From the NCBI GenBank assembly GCA_002796345.1, contig PCXC01000028.1:60009-115831 (forward strand): 55,823 nt of DNA, in the 5' to 3' direction. This document shows, piece by piece, positions 1 to 7,853 of the stretch; position 1 is the stretch's first letter; each line of letters begins with the position of its first letter. The position numbers and the translations under genes are program-made. Source of the stretch: Deltaproteobacteria bacterium CG11_big_fil_rev_8_21_14_0_20_42_23. GTDB lineage: Bacteria; UBA10199; 2-02-FULL-44-16. A model generated the notes under the pieces. The model saw nothing but the letters and a program-made list of their open reading frames with translations. It made no database searches and was not told the DNA's origin.

Positions 1-57
1 GTGAAAAAACAAAACAGAGGATAATAAAAGAACGAAAATGCCAGGATAAAGAACATT

Positions 58-807
58 CTAACCCCGAACACCTTTTCGTGAGCGTTTAATGTTTTTCAGC
101 TCAACGCCTTTTTTCTCTTTTTCTTTTTTGGGATCTGAAACCTTTGACCCTTTCACCTTAAGCAACGAATGCAATTGCTGCGCATGAATCTCAGCACGGT
201 TTTGCGGCTGCATGCTAAATTTTGAACGCTGTGATTCCAGCTCATTTAACTTTTGATTTCCAAGCCCAGCCATGTTGCCTGTTTCAATCATAGTGTCAAA
301 AATGAGTTCAAGTCTTCTCATAGGAGAGGGGAAGAGTTCGAGCATGTTTCCAATTTCATCTTTTCCAGCTTCATCCATGCGAATGAGATTATTTTTGTCT
401 TTATACTTAAGGCAAAATTCTGTCAGAAACGTTTCAAGATCTGCAGCACTCAAACTGCAAGAGGGCTTGATGCTGCCATCAAACAGTTCGGACAAACCTT
501 CGTGGGTATAGAGGCCTTCGTTGATGAGGCTTGCCTCGAAGGGTGCATAAATTTCACCTTTGTAGCGAAACTGATCTATTTCAGAAAACTGTTTTTCACT
601 CAGCAAATAATTGCCATCATCTTGCAAAAACTGCTGCATAAAATTCATCCATTGCGGAAGCGATGTTTTTTCAGTGTCGATGAAACCCAAGTGCCACAGG
701 CCTTCAGCGTCATCATGAGAGAAAAGGGCATGAGTGCCATCTTCATTTTTTTCGATGGTGTCCCACAAATACTGCATCACGCTGTTGTCATTGAAGATCA
801 AACTCAT
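58..807 (-). CDS. hypothetical protein, 249 aa
   Basis: Same frame as ORF-track entry 58..996, trimmed to the ATG at 807 (MSLIFNDN...), which has AAAGGA about 8 nt upstream. The extra 63 codons would read through an inverted repeat (829..917) and the terminator of the upstream operon (979..1006). Acidic body with a Lys/Arg-rich tail (KKEKEKKGVELKNIKRSRKGVRG). No family recognised. Confidence 0.6.
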   Translation of the reverse strand: MSLIFNDNSVMQYLWDTIEKNEDGTHALFSHDDAEGLWHLGFIDTEKTSLPQWMNFMQQFLQDDGNYLLSEKQFSEIDQFRYKGEIYAPFEASLINEGLYTHEGLSELFDGSIKPSCSLSAADLETFLTEFCLKYKDKNNLIRMDEAGKDEIGNMLELFPSPMRRLELIFDTMIETGNMAGLGNQKLNELESQRSKFSMQPQNRAEIHAQQLHSLLKVKGSKVSDPKKEKEKKGVELKNIKRSRKGVRG

Positions 808-828
808 AGTTTTTTCCTTTAGTATTTT

Positions 829-917
829 GTCATTGCGAAGAAGCGCAGCGACTGTGGCAATCTCCTCTGACAATTCAAAAATCGAGATCACCACGTCGCT
901 TTGCTCCTCGTGATGAC
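829..917. repeat. imperfect inverted repeat (arms of about 35 bp, 19-bp spacer), REP/MITE-like
   Basis: Left arm GTCATTGCGAAGAAGCGCAGCGACTGTGGCAATCTC (829..864). The reverse complement of the right arm (884..917) is GTCATCACGAGGAGCAAAGCGACGTGGTGATCTC. About 27 matched positions, and several of the differences are transitions (only T834:G912 and G835:T911 can pair as G:U; A839, C858 and A859 are true mismatches). Lies in the intergenic gap between two minus-strand genes. Confidence 0.6.
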
Positions 918-978
918 AAGAAAAAGTATAGCATGCTTCCAAAAAGGCACAAAACTTTTCTCTTTTCACCTTTTTCAT

Positions 979-1006
979 CAAAACAAAAGGCCACAAAAGT
1001 GGCCTT
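979..1006 (-). terminator. rho-independent terminator of the 2428->1033 operon
   Basis: Stem AAGGCCAC (987..994) / GTGGCCTT (999..1006) with a 4-nt loop. On the minus strand it is followed by TTGTTTTG. Sits 27 nt after the stop of the 155-aa ORF. Confidence 0.6.
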
Positions 1007-1032
1007 GAGTGCTTTATGAAAGTGAGATCTCT

Positions 1033-1500
1033 TTATCCAATGGAAAGCGTTGGAGTGCCATAGTCATAAGCTCTTCGTGGATCTTGTGTTACCGCTTCAA
1101 CAGTGGCTTCTGTTTTTTTCAACTCTGTGGTTTTAACCGCAATAAGTTCTTTAGCTTGCTGTGCATTCTGCAAACGAAGTTCAGCTTCAATTTCTGCATT
1201 TTTAGCTTCTGGTATAGAAGCGATAGCTAATTGCTTCTCTGTTTCAGCGTTTGTTTTGATGTCTTTTTCAATCCCGGCGAGACCTTCTTGAAATGCAAAT
1301 TGGCTTTCTTGCATGCGCGTTTGAATGGCCATGCCGTAAACTTGGCCAACAACAGACACAATTGAAGCACCTGCGCCAAGCCCATTCGCAACAGTTTGAT
1401 CCTTCATCGCTTCGATTTGAGACGTGAAGTACTGATCCATAGTTGTTGGATCAATGACAGTGCCTTGACTTGTAATGGGATTATTAATGTCTATAGCCAT
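1033..1500 (-). CDS. hypothetical glycine-zipper/coiled-coil protein, 155 aa (third gene of the trio)
   Basis: SD GAGAGG upstream of the ATG at 1500. Gly-rich hydrophobic segment GLGAGASIVSVVGQVYGMAI, then an Ala/Gln/Glu/Lys-rich helical stretch, then the tail RRAYDYGTPTLSIG. No family recognised. Confidence 0.7.
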   Translation of the reverse strand: MAIDINNPITSQGTVIDPTTMDQYFTSQIEAMKDQTVANGLGAGASIVSVVGQVYGMAIQTRMQESQFAFQEGLAGIEKDIKTNAETEKQLAIASIPEAKNAEIEAELRLQNAQQAKELIAVKTTELKKTEATVEAVTQDPRRAYDYGTPTLSIG

Positions 1501-1515
1501 AGAAAACCTCTCTTA

Positions 1516-2070
1516 TTAAACGTTAGCGGCAAACGGATTTCCGTAGCCATAATTTTCTCTGCCTGAACCATAAGCCTGCATGAGTTCCAAGCGTTCCGTT
1601 TTTGCACCTTCAACCACTTGCGCCAAACGAAGTTGATGCGCTTGCGCAGTTTCTCCAGCGGTAATTGCACCTTTAATTTGGGCAAGCTGCACTTCTTTCT
1701 GGGCTTCGATTGCCTTCACCGTTGTTGCCTCTTTTTCAAGGAGTACGTCTTTATTAAAGCTAGCAATCTTTACCTCTGATTTAAACTTTTCTGCGACCAC
1801 TTCTGAATTCCAACGATTGGTAAGAATACTTCCAATCACGTTTCCAACAGCGATGCCTGTTTTTTCAATACCATTCCAAAAAGCACCAGATGCTTGCGCG
1901 TCGATTAATTGTTTAACAGTATCGTTGTTAAGTTTTTCAGTGCTTGCATTAATCCTCAAATTAATTCCGGGCCCACTTACATTCCCAAGGTCGCTACCTA
2001 CATTTGACCAAGAATTGAGTTCAGTTGTCCCTGCATTTGGTGCACCTGCTGCTATTGTGTTTTCTGCCAT
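1516..2070 (-). CDS. hypothetical glycine-zipper/coiled-coil protein, 184 aa (second gene of the trio)
   Basis: Perfect SD AGGAGG 4 nt before the ATG at 2070. Segment GIAVGNVIGSIL has GxxxGxxxG spacing, followed by a long AQEK-rich helix and the tail RENYGYGNPFAANV. Confidence 0.7.
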   Translation of the reverse strand: MAENTIAAGAPNAGTTELNSWSNVGSDLGNVSGPGINLRINASTEKLNNDTVKQLIDAQASGAFWNGIEKTGIAVGNVIGSILTNRWNSEVVAEKFKSEVKIASFNKDVLLEKEATTVKAIEAQKEVQLAQIKGAITAGETAQAHQLRLAQVVEGAKTERLELMQAYGSGRENYGYGNPFAANV

Positions 2071-2080
2071 ATTTCCTCCT

Positions 2081-2428
2081 TTAGCCCAATGAACCTGCTG
2101 GGGTTCCGTGTGAGCGGGTTGGTCTGTTTACTGCCACTTTAGTGTCGTGAGCTGCTTCAAGTTTTGCGAGCTCTCTGGCACTCTTTGCATTTTTGGTTTC
2201 AAGACGTTCTGCCAGCATGGTTGCTGTCATAGCGCCTGCGCCAGCAGCGCGCTGTGCTTTGACGCGATTGATTTTATCACGAGCAGCCGCCATGCGTTTT
2301 TGCTTTGTAGCTTCATTCGTTATCTTCTTCTGGTAGCTCTTTTGGGTGGCTTCATTTTTCTTTTGATAATGAATTTGCACACCAGTTGTGAGAAGAGCTG
2401 CACCAATCATCACGATTCCAAGAAACAT
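2081..2428 (-). CDS. hypothetical N-terminally anchored coiled-coil protein, 115 aa (first gene of the trio)
   Basis: SD AAGGAG upstream of the ATG at 2428. N-terminal hydrophobic segment FLGIVMIGAALLTTGV, a Lys/Ala/Gln-rich helix, and the tail RPTRSHGTPAGSLG. Confidence 0.7.
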   Translation of the reverse strand: MFLGIVMIGAALLTTGVQIHYQKKNEATQKSYQKKITNEATKQKRMAAARDKINRVKAQRAAGAGAMTATMLAERLETKNAKSARELAKLEAAHDTKVAVNRPTRSHGTPAGSLG

Positions 2429-2573
2429 AAAATTCTCCTTCTTACGCTAACATTATCGGGATGGGCTGAGGCTAAAGTTGCCTTTTCCACTGATTTTTTT
2501 AAGTTTTTTTTGCCTTTTTTCTGGAAGCCAGGAAAATCTTGCTATCTGCTTGAAATCACCGTAGGAATCCGAC

Positions 2574-3533
2574 ATGCAAAACCTGCTCAAAGACGCCAAA
2601 ATGGGGAATATAAAGGCTTTAGCCAGGCTCATCAGCACGCTTATAGAAGGGGGAAAAACCGATCTTTCTTTGCTTTCCCAGCTCGCGGATGCCAGGAAAC
2701 AAGCCCATGTAGTGGGCATTACTGGCCCTCCCGGAGCTGGAAAATCAACCCTCACCAACCTGCTTATTTCGCGCTATCGCAAGCGTGGGTTCAAAGTGGG
2801 CGTTTTGGCCATCGACCCCAGTTCTCCTTTTACGGGCGGCGCTCTTTTGGGCGATCGCATTCGCATGCTGGGCCATGCCGAAGATAAAGACGTGTTCATC
2901 CGTTCGCTTGGCAGCCGCGGCATGACGGGCGGGCTCGCCAGACACACCGAAGAAGTGCTGTGTGCCTATGCTGCGTGCGGCTTCCATCATATTATAGTTG
3001 AAACGGTTGGCGTGGGCCAAACTGAGCTTGGCATTATGGAGCTTGCCGATACCAGCGTGGTGGTTCTTGTTCCAGAATCTGGCGACACCATTCAAACCAT
3101 GAAGTCCGGCTTGCTTGAAGCCGCCGACATTTTTGTGGTGAACAAGGCCGATAGAGAAGGGGCTTCGCAGTTTTCAACAGCGCTTCGGGTGCAAAAGGAA
3201 ATCAACAGCAAGGCTTCAAAGTGGGATGTCCCCATTGTGCTTACGCAAGCCATAAATGACGAAGGCATCGATGACCTCTTTAGCCTCTTGCAAGATCACG
3301 AACACTTTGTGCACACGCATCCCGAGATGACCGAAAAGAAAATGACACTGGTTCTGCAATCGTTTTTAGATTTACTCCGCGACGAAAGTTTTTCTCGTCT
3401 TCTGCGATCTTTAGAACAAGATGCATCCTTTAAACGTATTCTTGAAGACGTAAAAGCGGGAAGCCTCAATCCCTATCAAGCGCTTGAAAAAGTGATGGCG
3501 CTTACATCTTTTTCTGATGGAGTGCACCGCTAA
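2574..3533 (+). CDS. meaB: MeaB/ArgK-family G3E GTPase (methylmalonyl-CoA mutase accessory-type)
   Basis: P-loop GITGPPGAGKST, ETVGVGQ and VVNKADR motifs in the order typical of ArgK/MeaB. 319 aa. The stop overlaps the mutS start (TAATG). Confidence 0.85.
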   Translation: MQNLLKDAKMGNIKALARLISTLIEGGKTDLSLLSQLADARKQAHVVGITGPPGAGKSTLTNLLISRYRKRGFKVGVLAIDPSSPFTGGALLGDRIRMLGHAEDKDVFIRSLGSRGMTGGLARHTEEVLCAYAACGFHHIIVETVGVGQTELGIMELADTSVVVLVPESGDTIQTMKSGLLEAADIFVVNKADREGASQFSTALRVQKEINSKASKWDVPIVLTQAINDEGIDDLFSLLQDHEHFVHTHPEMTEKKMTLVLQSFLDLLRDESFSRLLRSLEQDASFKRILEDVKAGSLNPYQALEKVMALTSFSDGVHR

Positions 3534-6103
3534 TGCAGATAGAAGCCAAAGCCCTTACTCCCATGATGAAGCAATACCTTGAGATCAAACAAGAATGTAC
3601 GGATGCATTGTTGCTGTATCGACTGGGCGATTTTTACGAGCTCTTTTTTGACGACGCCGTAACCGCCGCAAAAATTTTAGACATCACCCTTACCTGCCGA
3701 AACAAAAACAGCGACGATCCCGTTCCGTTGTGCGGTGTGCCGTATCATTCCGTGGAACCCTACATTACCAAATTGTTGGAAGCCGGAAAAAAAGTGGCCA
3801 TCTGCGACCAGATTGAAAATCCTGCCGAAAGCAAAGGGGTGGTGAAACGCGCTATCACGCAGATTCTCACGCCTGGTGCTATCGCCAGCAGTGAACACTT
3901 GAGTGCAAAGAAAAATAATTACATCGCCTGTGTCTACGAAAAGAAAGGGCAGTTTGCCTTTTCTCTGGCCGATCTCTCCACTGGATTTTTTTCACTCGCC
4001 GTTACAAGCCTTGCCGAAGAGCTTCTTGATGTTTTGTCTCATTACGAGCCTCAAGAATTTTTACTTTCAGATCAAGCAAGTGAGCGTTTGCTTTCATTGT
4101 TGAAACCAGTTTTTAGCAAGGCGCTCTTTAGCACTACCGCTTCCAGAAACTTTAATTCTGCAGGGGTGAAGCCATTTATTTCGGATGAACTTGAAGCAGA
4201 GCTTGAAGAAATAGCCTTCGATACAGCAGGTGCCTTGCATCGCTATTTAACTGAACTTCAGAAGGCACCCTTAAAGCACATTGAAGCTTTTCAATCACTT
4301 TCGCTGCAAGATCATATGCTTTTAGATCTTGCCACCAAACAAAACTTGGAACTCACCACAACGCTTCGAGAAGGAAAGCACGAAGGTTCGCTGTTGTGGC
4401 TTTTGGACAAAACTTCAAGCGCTATGGGTGCTAGGCTTTTGCGTTCGTGGATTGTTCAGCCACTTCTTTCGCGGAAAAAAATTGAAGAGCGACTCGACAT
4501 TGTGGAAGCCTTTATGAGTTCTGGCGAATTTCTTCGAAAAGTAAAAAATGTTTTTGAACAGGTATACGATCTTGAACGTATTACTACAAAAGTTTTACTC
4601 GAAAGTGCGCATGCCCGCGATTTACTTGCCTTAGCCGATACACTTGCCCTTGTTCCAGAGCTCAAAAAACTTTTTTCAGAAGAAGGCGGCGCGCTCAAAA
4701 AACTTGCAGAAGAAATGTCTTCTTTTCCCGAGCTTGTTGAAAAAGTGAAAGAGAGTTTGCTTGATGAACCCTCACTTTCTTTGCGTGATGGATTTATTAT
4801 GCGCGATGGCATCAGCCCGGAACTTGATGAACTCCGCTCTCTTGCGAGAGATGGCAAAAAAATGATTGCCGCAATAGAAGCAGAAGAACGTGCAAAAACA
4901 GGAATTCACTCACTCAAAATTAAATACAATAAAGTGTTTGGATATTTTTTAGAAGTGACTCATGCGCATACAGAAAAAATTCCTGCACACTACATTAGAA
5001 AACAAACTTTGGTGAATGCAGAGCGCTACATCACCGAAGAGTTAAAAATATTAGAAGAAAAAGTCTTGGGCGCCGAAGACAAAATGAAGGCGCTTGAATA
5101 CCAACTCTTTGTACAGCTTCGCACATGGGCTGCACAATATGGTGTCCACGTCTTTTCTTTGGCTCGTCTGTTGGCAAAAGCAGATGTTTTGCTTTCGTTT
5201 GCACTTGTCTCTCTTGAAAAAGCGTACACGCGCCCGGTTTTTTCTCAAGCAACTGACTTACACTTTGAACAGTCACGACATCCAGTTGTAGAAAGCATTT
5301 GCGAGGAGCGCTTTGTTCCAAATGATGTGCATCTTTCAGAAAAAGATGGAAACTGTTTGCTGATTACAGGTCCAAACATGGCAGGAAAATCAACGCTGAT
5401 GCGCCAAGTAGCACTTATGGCGTTGATGGCTCAGATTGGGTGCTTTGTTCCTGCACGACATGCGAAGCTTGGCATTGTTGACCGTATTTTTACACGCATT
5501 GGAGCTTCAGATGCCTTATGGAAAGGGCACTCTACGTTCATGGTGGAAATGTCAGAAATGGCGCACATCTTAAAAAAGGCAACGGAAAAAAGTTTGATTA
5601 TTGTAGATGAAATTGGCCGCGGTACTTCAACGTTTGATGGCCTCTCGCTTGCGTGGGCCTTGGCAGAAGATCTGCACGATCGCATTAAAGCCCGAACTCT
5701 TTTTGCTACACACTATCACGAGCTGATTGAGTTGGCAGAAAGCAAAGCGCACATGAGAAATTTTCACATTGCAGTAAAAGAATCGGAAGGGGGAGTTGTT
5801 TTTCTTCGCACACTTCTTCCCGGTGGAGCTTCCCACAGCTATGGTATTGAAGTAGCTTCACTTGCCGGTATTCCATTGCACATTACGCAAAAGGCAAAAA
5901 AAGTAATGAAGCAACTTGAAGCAAGAACAGCGGCAGCCAATGATCAAAAGCATACACCACCACAGCTTTCTTTTTTCGAACCAGATTTGCGGCACAAAGA
6001 TATTGTGGAAGAACTTGCCCAGCTTAATCCAAATCAACTCACTCCACTTGAAGCCTTGCAATTTCTTTCTCAGATGAAGGGGAAAATATCAGAGAAGGCT
6101 TGA
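3533..6103 (+). CDS. mutS: DNA mismatch repair protein MutS
   Basis: 856 aa. N-terminal TPMMKQYLEIKQ...LYRLGDFYELFFDDA, Walker A GPNMAGKST, and DEIGRGTSTFDG. Confidence 0.97.
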   Translation: MQIEAKALTPMMKQYLEIKQECTDALLLYRLGDFYELFFDDAVTAAKILDITLTCRNKNSDDPVPLCGVPYHSVEPYITKLLEAGKKVAICDQIENPAESKGVVKRAITQILTPGAIASSEHLSAKKNNYIACVYEKKGQFAFSLADLSTGFFSLAVTSLAEELLDVLSHYEPQEFLLSDQASERLLSLLKPVFSKALFSTTASRNFNSAGVKPFISDELEAELEEIAFDTAGALHRYLTELQKAPLKHIEAFQSLSLQDHMLLDLATKQNLELTTTLREGKHEGSLLWLLDKTSSAMGARLLRSWIVQPLLSRKKIEERLDIVEAFMSSGEFLRKVKNVFEQVYDLERITTKVLLESAHARDLLALADTLALVPELKKLFSEEGGALKKLAEEMSSFPELVEKVKESLLDEPSLSLRDGFIMRDGISPELDELRSLARDGKKMIAAIEAEERAKTGIHSLKIKYNKVFGYFLEVTHAHTEKIPAHYIRKQTLVNAERYITEELKILEEKVLGAEDKMKALEYQLFVQLRTWAAQYGVHVFSLARLLAKADVLLSFALVSLEKAYTRPVFSQATDLHFEQSRHPVVESICEERFVPNDVHLSEKDGNCLLITGPNMAGKSTLMRQVALMALMAQIGCFVPARHAKLGIVDRIFTRIGASDALWKGHSTFMVEMSEMAHILKKATEKSLIIVDEIGRGTSTFDGLSLAWALAEDLHDRIKARTLFATHYHELIELAESKAHMRNFHIAVKESEGGVVFLRTLLPGGASHSYGIEVASLAGIPLHITQKAKKVMKQLEARTAAANDQKHTPPQLSFFEPDLRHKDIVEELAQLNPNQLTPLEALQFLSQMKGKISEKA

Positions 6104-6125
6104 ACCTTTTTAAGCTTTATGTACA

Positions 6126-7847
6126 ATGCCCAACATGCGCAAAGTCCTTGTTTTTCTTTCTCAATTTTTTCTTGTGCTTCTTTTTTGCAGCACGCTTTTT
6201 GCGGAAACGTTTTATTCTCCCGATGTGAAACTCTACGAAGAAGCAAAAGAGTGTTATCAAAAGCAGAAGCAAGCAAAATTGGCTCAACTTTCACTTTGCG
6301 CAAACCAGTTTGGAAAAGTGCAGGAAGAATATCCCAGATCTCACATTGCCGACGACGCACTTTTCAGCAAGGCAAGACTTCTCAAAGAATCGTACGTTTC
6401 CTTCAAGAAAAAAGAAGACCTTCAAGCTTCATTGGTGAGTTTTAATAAGCTTCTTGAAGAATATCCTCACTCCAATTTTGCTGATGATGCTTTGTATCAG
6501 TTGGGATTGCTGCGGCTTAAGAACCAAAAAGACAGCGAAAGAGCAAAGCGCGCCTTCAAGGCTGTGATATCACAATATCCAAATGGAGACATGAAAGAAA
6601 AAGCTGCGAGTCAACTTGTGGCTTTAGAAGCTGCATCAGAGAAGGCTTTGCAGACAACAGTTTCTACGCCTGTAATTGCTGCAAGTGCTGCAAAAAAAAC
6701 TCAGACGAAAAAAAGGAACAATCCTTTTGCTGAACCAGCAACAAGCCGAACTTCAAAAAAAGCACAGTTGCTCAACATTCAATCTCAAGAAAAAGACGGA
6801 GCGCTTGAAGTACAGTTTGATTTTGACCGCGAGGTTCTTTTCACTACAGAAGAGGTTGCCTTTGGAAAAAGAACTAAATCACTTCCAAGACTTCTTCTTC
6901 ATTTTCAACATACAACTTCACCAAGCAAAAAAGTTGCTGAAAGTAAAATTGCAAAAAGTTATGTGTCTGATTTTTCTTTAAAGAAGCCACTCTTTTCTGC
7001 AATTCTTTTGGCCAATTTTGAAATAGCCCGCGGAACACAATTTGACACTCGTCGCTTAGATAATAGTGTGATCGTCTCTTTTTTTAAGGGGCAGAAAAAA
7101 GAAACACTTACAAAACCTGCTTCTGTACAAACAGAAAAGCTACAGCCACAAAAAGTGGAAAACCTTGTCATTGTTGTGGATCCTGGTCATGGAGGTGATG
7201 ATGGAGGAGCCTCAGGAAAGCAGGGGACACGCGAAAAGGATGTGGTGCTGTCTATTTCAAAAAAACTTGCAAAACAATTGAGCACTCAGCTTGGAGCAAA
7301 AGTTTACCTCACCCGTACTCGGGATAAAACACTCACTTTGGAAGATCGAGATCACTTTGCAAATGGAAAAAAGGCAGACCTCTTTCTCTCCATTCATGCA
7401 AATGCATCAACTGATAGAAGCGTTTCAGGAATTCAAACGTACTATTTGAATAATGCTTCCGATGAAGCTTCGCGAAGACTTGCTTCCAGAGAAAACAAAT
7501 CAGCAAAAAAGAAACTTCCTACCGAAGAACATATTCTCTCTTCGATGCAGCAAAATTATTTTACAGATGAATCAAGAATTCTAGCTGAAAATATTCAAAC
7601 ACATTTAGTTTCAGAAATGAATCATACCTATAAAGGGGTAAATGATAAAAAGGTGAGATCGGCATTATTTTACGTTTTAGTAGGAGCAAAGTGTCCAAGC
7701 GTTTTAATTGAAACTTCTTTCATTTCAAACCCAACAGAAGAAAAAAGACTTCGAAGTGAATCGTACCAAAATAAACTTGTGCAATCCATTTCAAAAGGTG
7801 TTTCAAGTTATTTTCAAGACAAAAGAAGAAGTAAAATTAACCTCTAG
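6126..7847 (+). CDS. secreted N-acetylmuramoyl-L-alanine amidase with N-terminal YbgF/BamD-like TPR repeats and an AMIN-like domain
   Basis: Signal peptide ending LFA-ET. Repeated YP.S..ADDAL motifs (YPRSHIADDALF, YPHSNFADDALY, YPNGDM). C-terminal Amidase_3 motifs VVDPGHGGDDGGA and LFLSIHANAS. The start could instead be the ATG at 6135. Confidence 0.85.
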   Translation: MPNMRKVLVFLSQFFLVLLFCSTLFAETFYSPDVKLYEEAKECYQKQKQAKLAQLSLCANQFGKVQEEYPRSHIADDALFSKARLLKESYVSFKKKEDLQASLVSFNKLLEEYPHSNFADDALYQLGLLRLKNQKDSERAKRAFKAVISQYPNGDMKEKAASQLVALEAASEKALQTTVSTPVIAASAAKKTQTKKRNNPFAEPATSRTSKKAQLLNIQSQEKDGALEVQFDFDREVLFTTEEVAFGKRTKSLPRLLLHFQHTTSPSKKVAESKIAKSYVSDFSLKKPLFSAILLANFEIARGTQFDTRRLDNSVIVSFFKGQKKETLTKPASVQTEKLQPQKVENLVIVVDPGHGGDDGGASGKQGTREKDVVLSISKKLAKQLSTQLGAKVYLTRTRDKTLTLEDRDHFANGKKADLFLSIHANASTDRSVSGIQTYYLNNASDEASRRLASRENKSAKKKLPTEEHILSSMQQNYFTDESRILAENIQTHLVSEMNHTYKGVNDKKVRSALFYVLVGAKCPSVLIETSFISNPTEEKRLRSESYQNKLVQSISKGVSSYFQDKRRSKINL

Positions 7848-7853
7848 CCATTT

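Noticed and set aside
253-822. 189-aa plus-strand ORF (and 272..511) antisense to the 58..807 gene
   Set aside because: It lies entirely inside the better-supported minus-strand gene, has no SD, and has the odd Phe/Ile/Lys composition typical of antisense frames in AT-rich DNA.
808-996. N-terminal extension of the first gene, and similar extensions at 11051..11209, 38641..38667, 41232..41279, 42212..42328, 45137..45172, 47697..47732 and 54803..54925
   Set aside because: In each case an internal ATG has a good SD and matches the conserved N-terminus of the family, or the extension overlaps terminators or neighbouring genes. The ORF track simply starts at the first ATG/GTG/TTG.
2081-2428. The 115-aa N-terminal-TM coiled-coil protein as a phage i-spanin or lysis-cassette remnant
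   Set aside because: No endolysin, holin or o-spanin lipoprotein gene is adjacent or embedded, and the two downstream genes share its architecture. This argues for a paralogous set rather than a lysis module.
2147-2887. 246-aa plus-strand ORF spanning the trio's first gene, the intergenic gap and the meaB 5' end
   Set aside because: It crosses a divergent promoter region and overlaps two well-supported genes. Its Cys/Ser/Arg-rich composition looks spurious.
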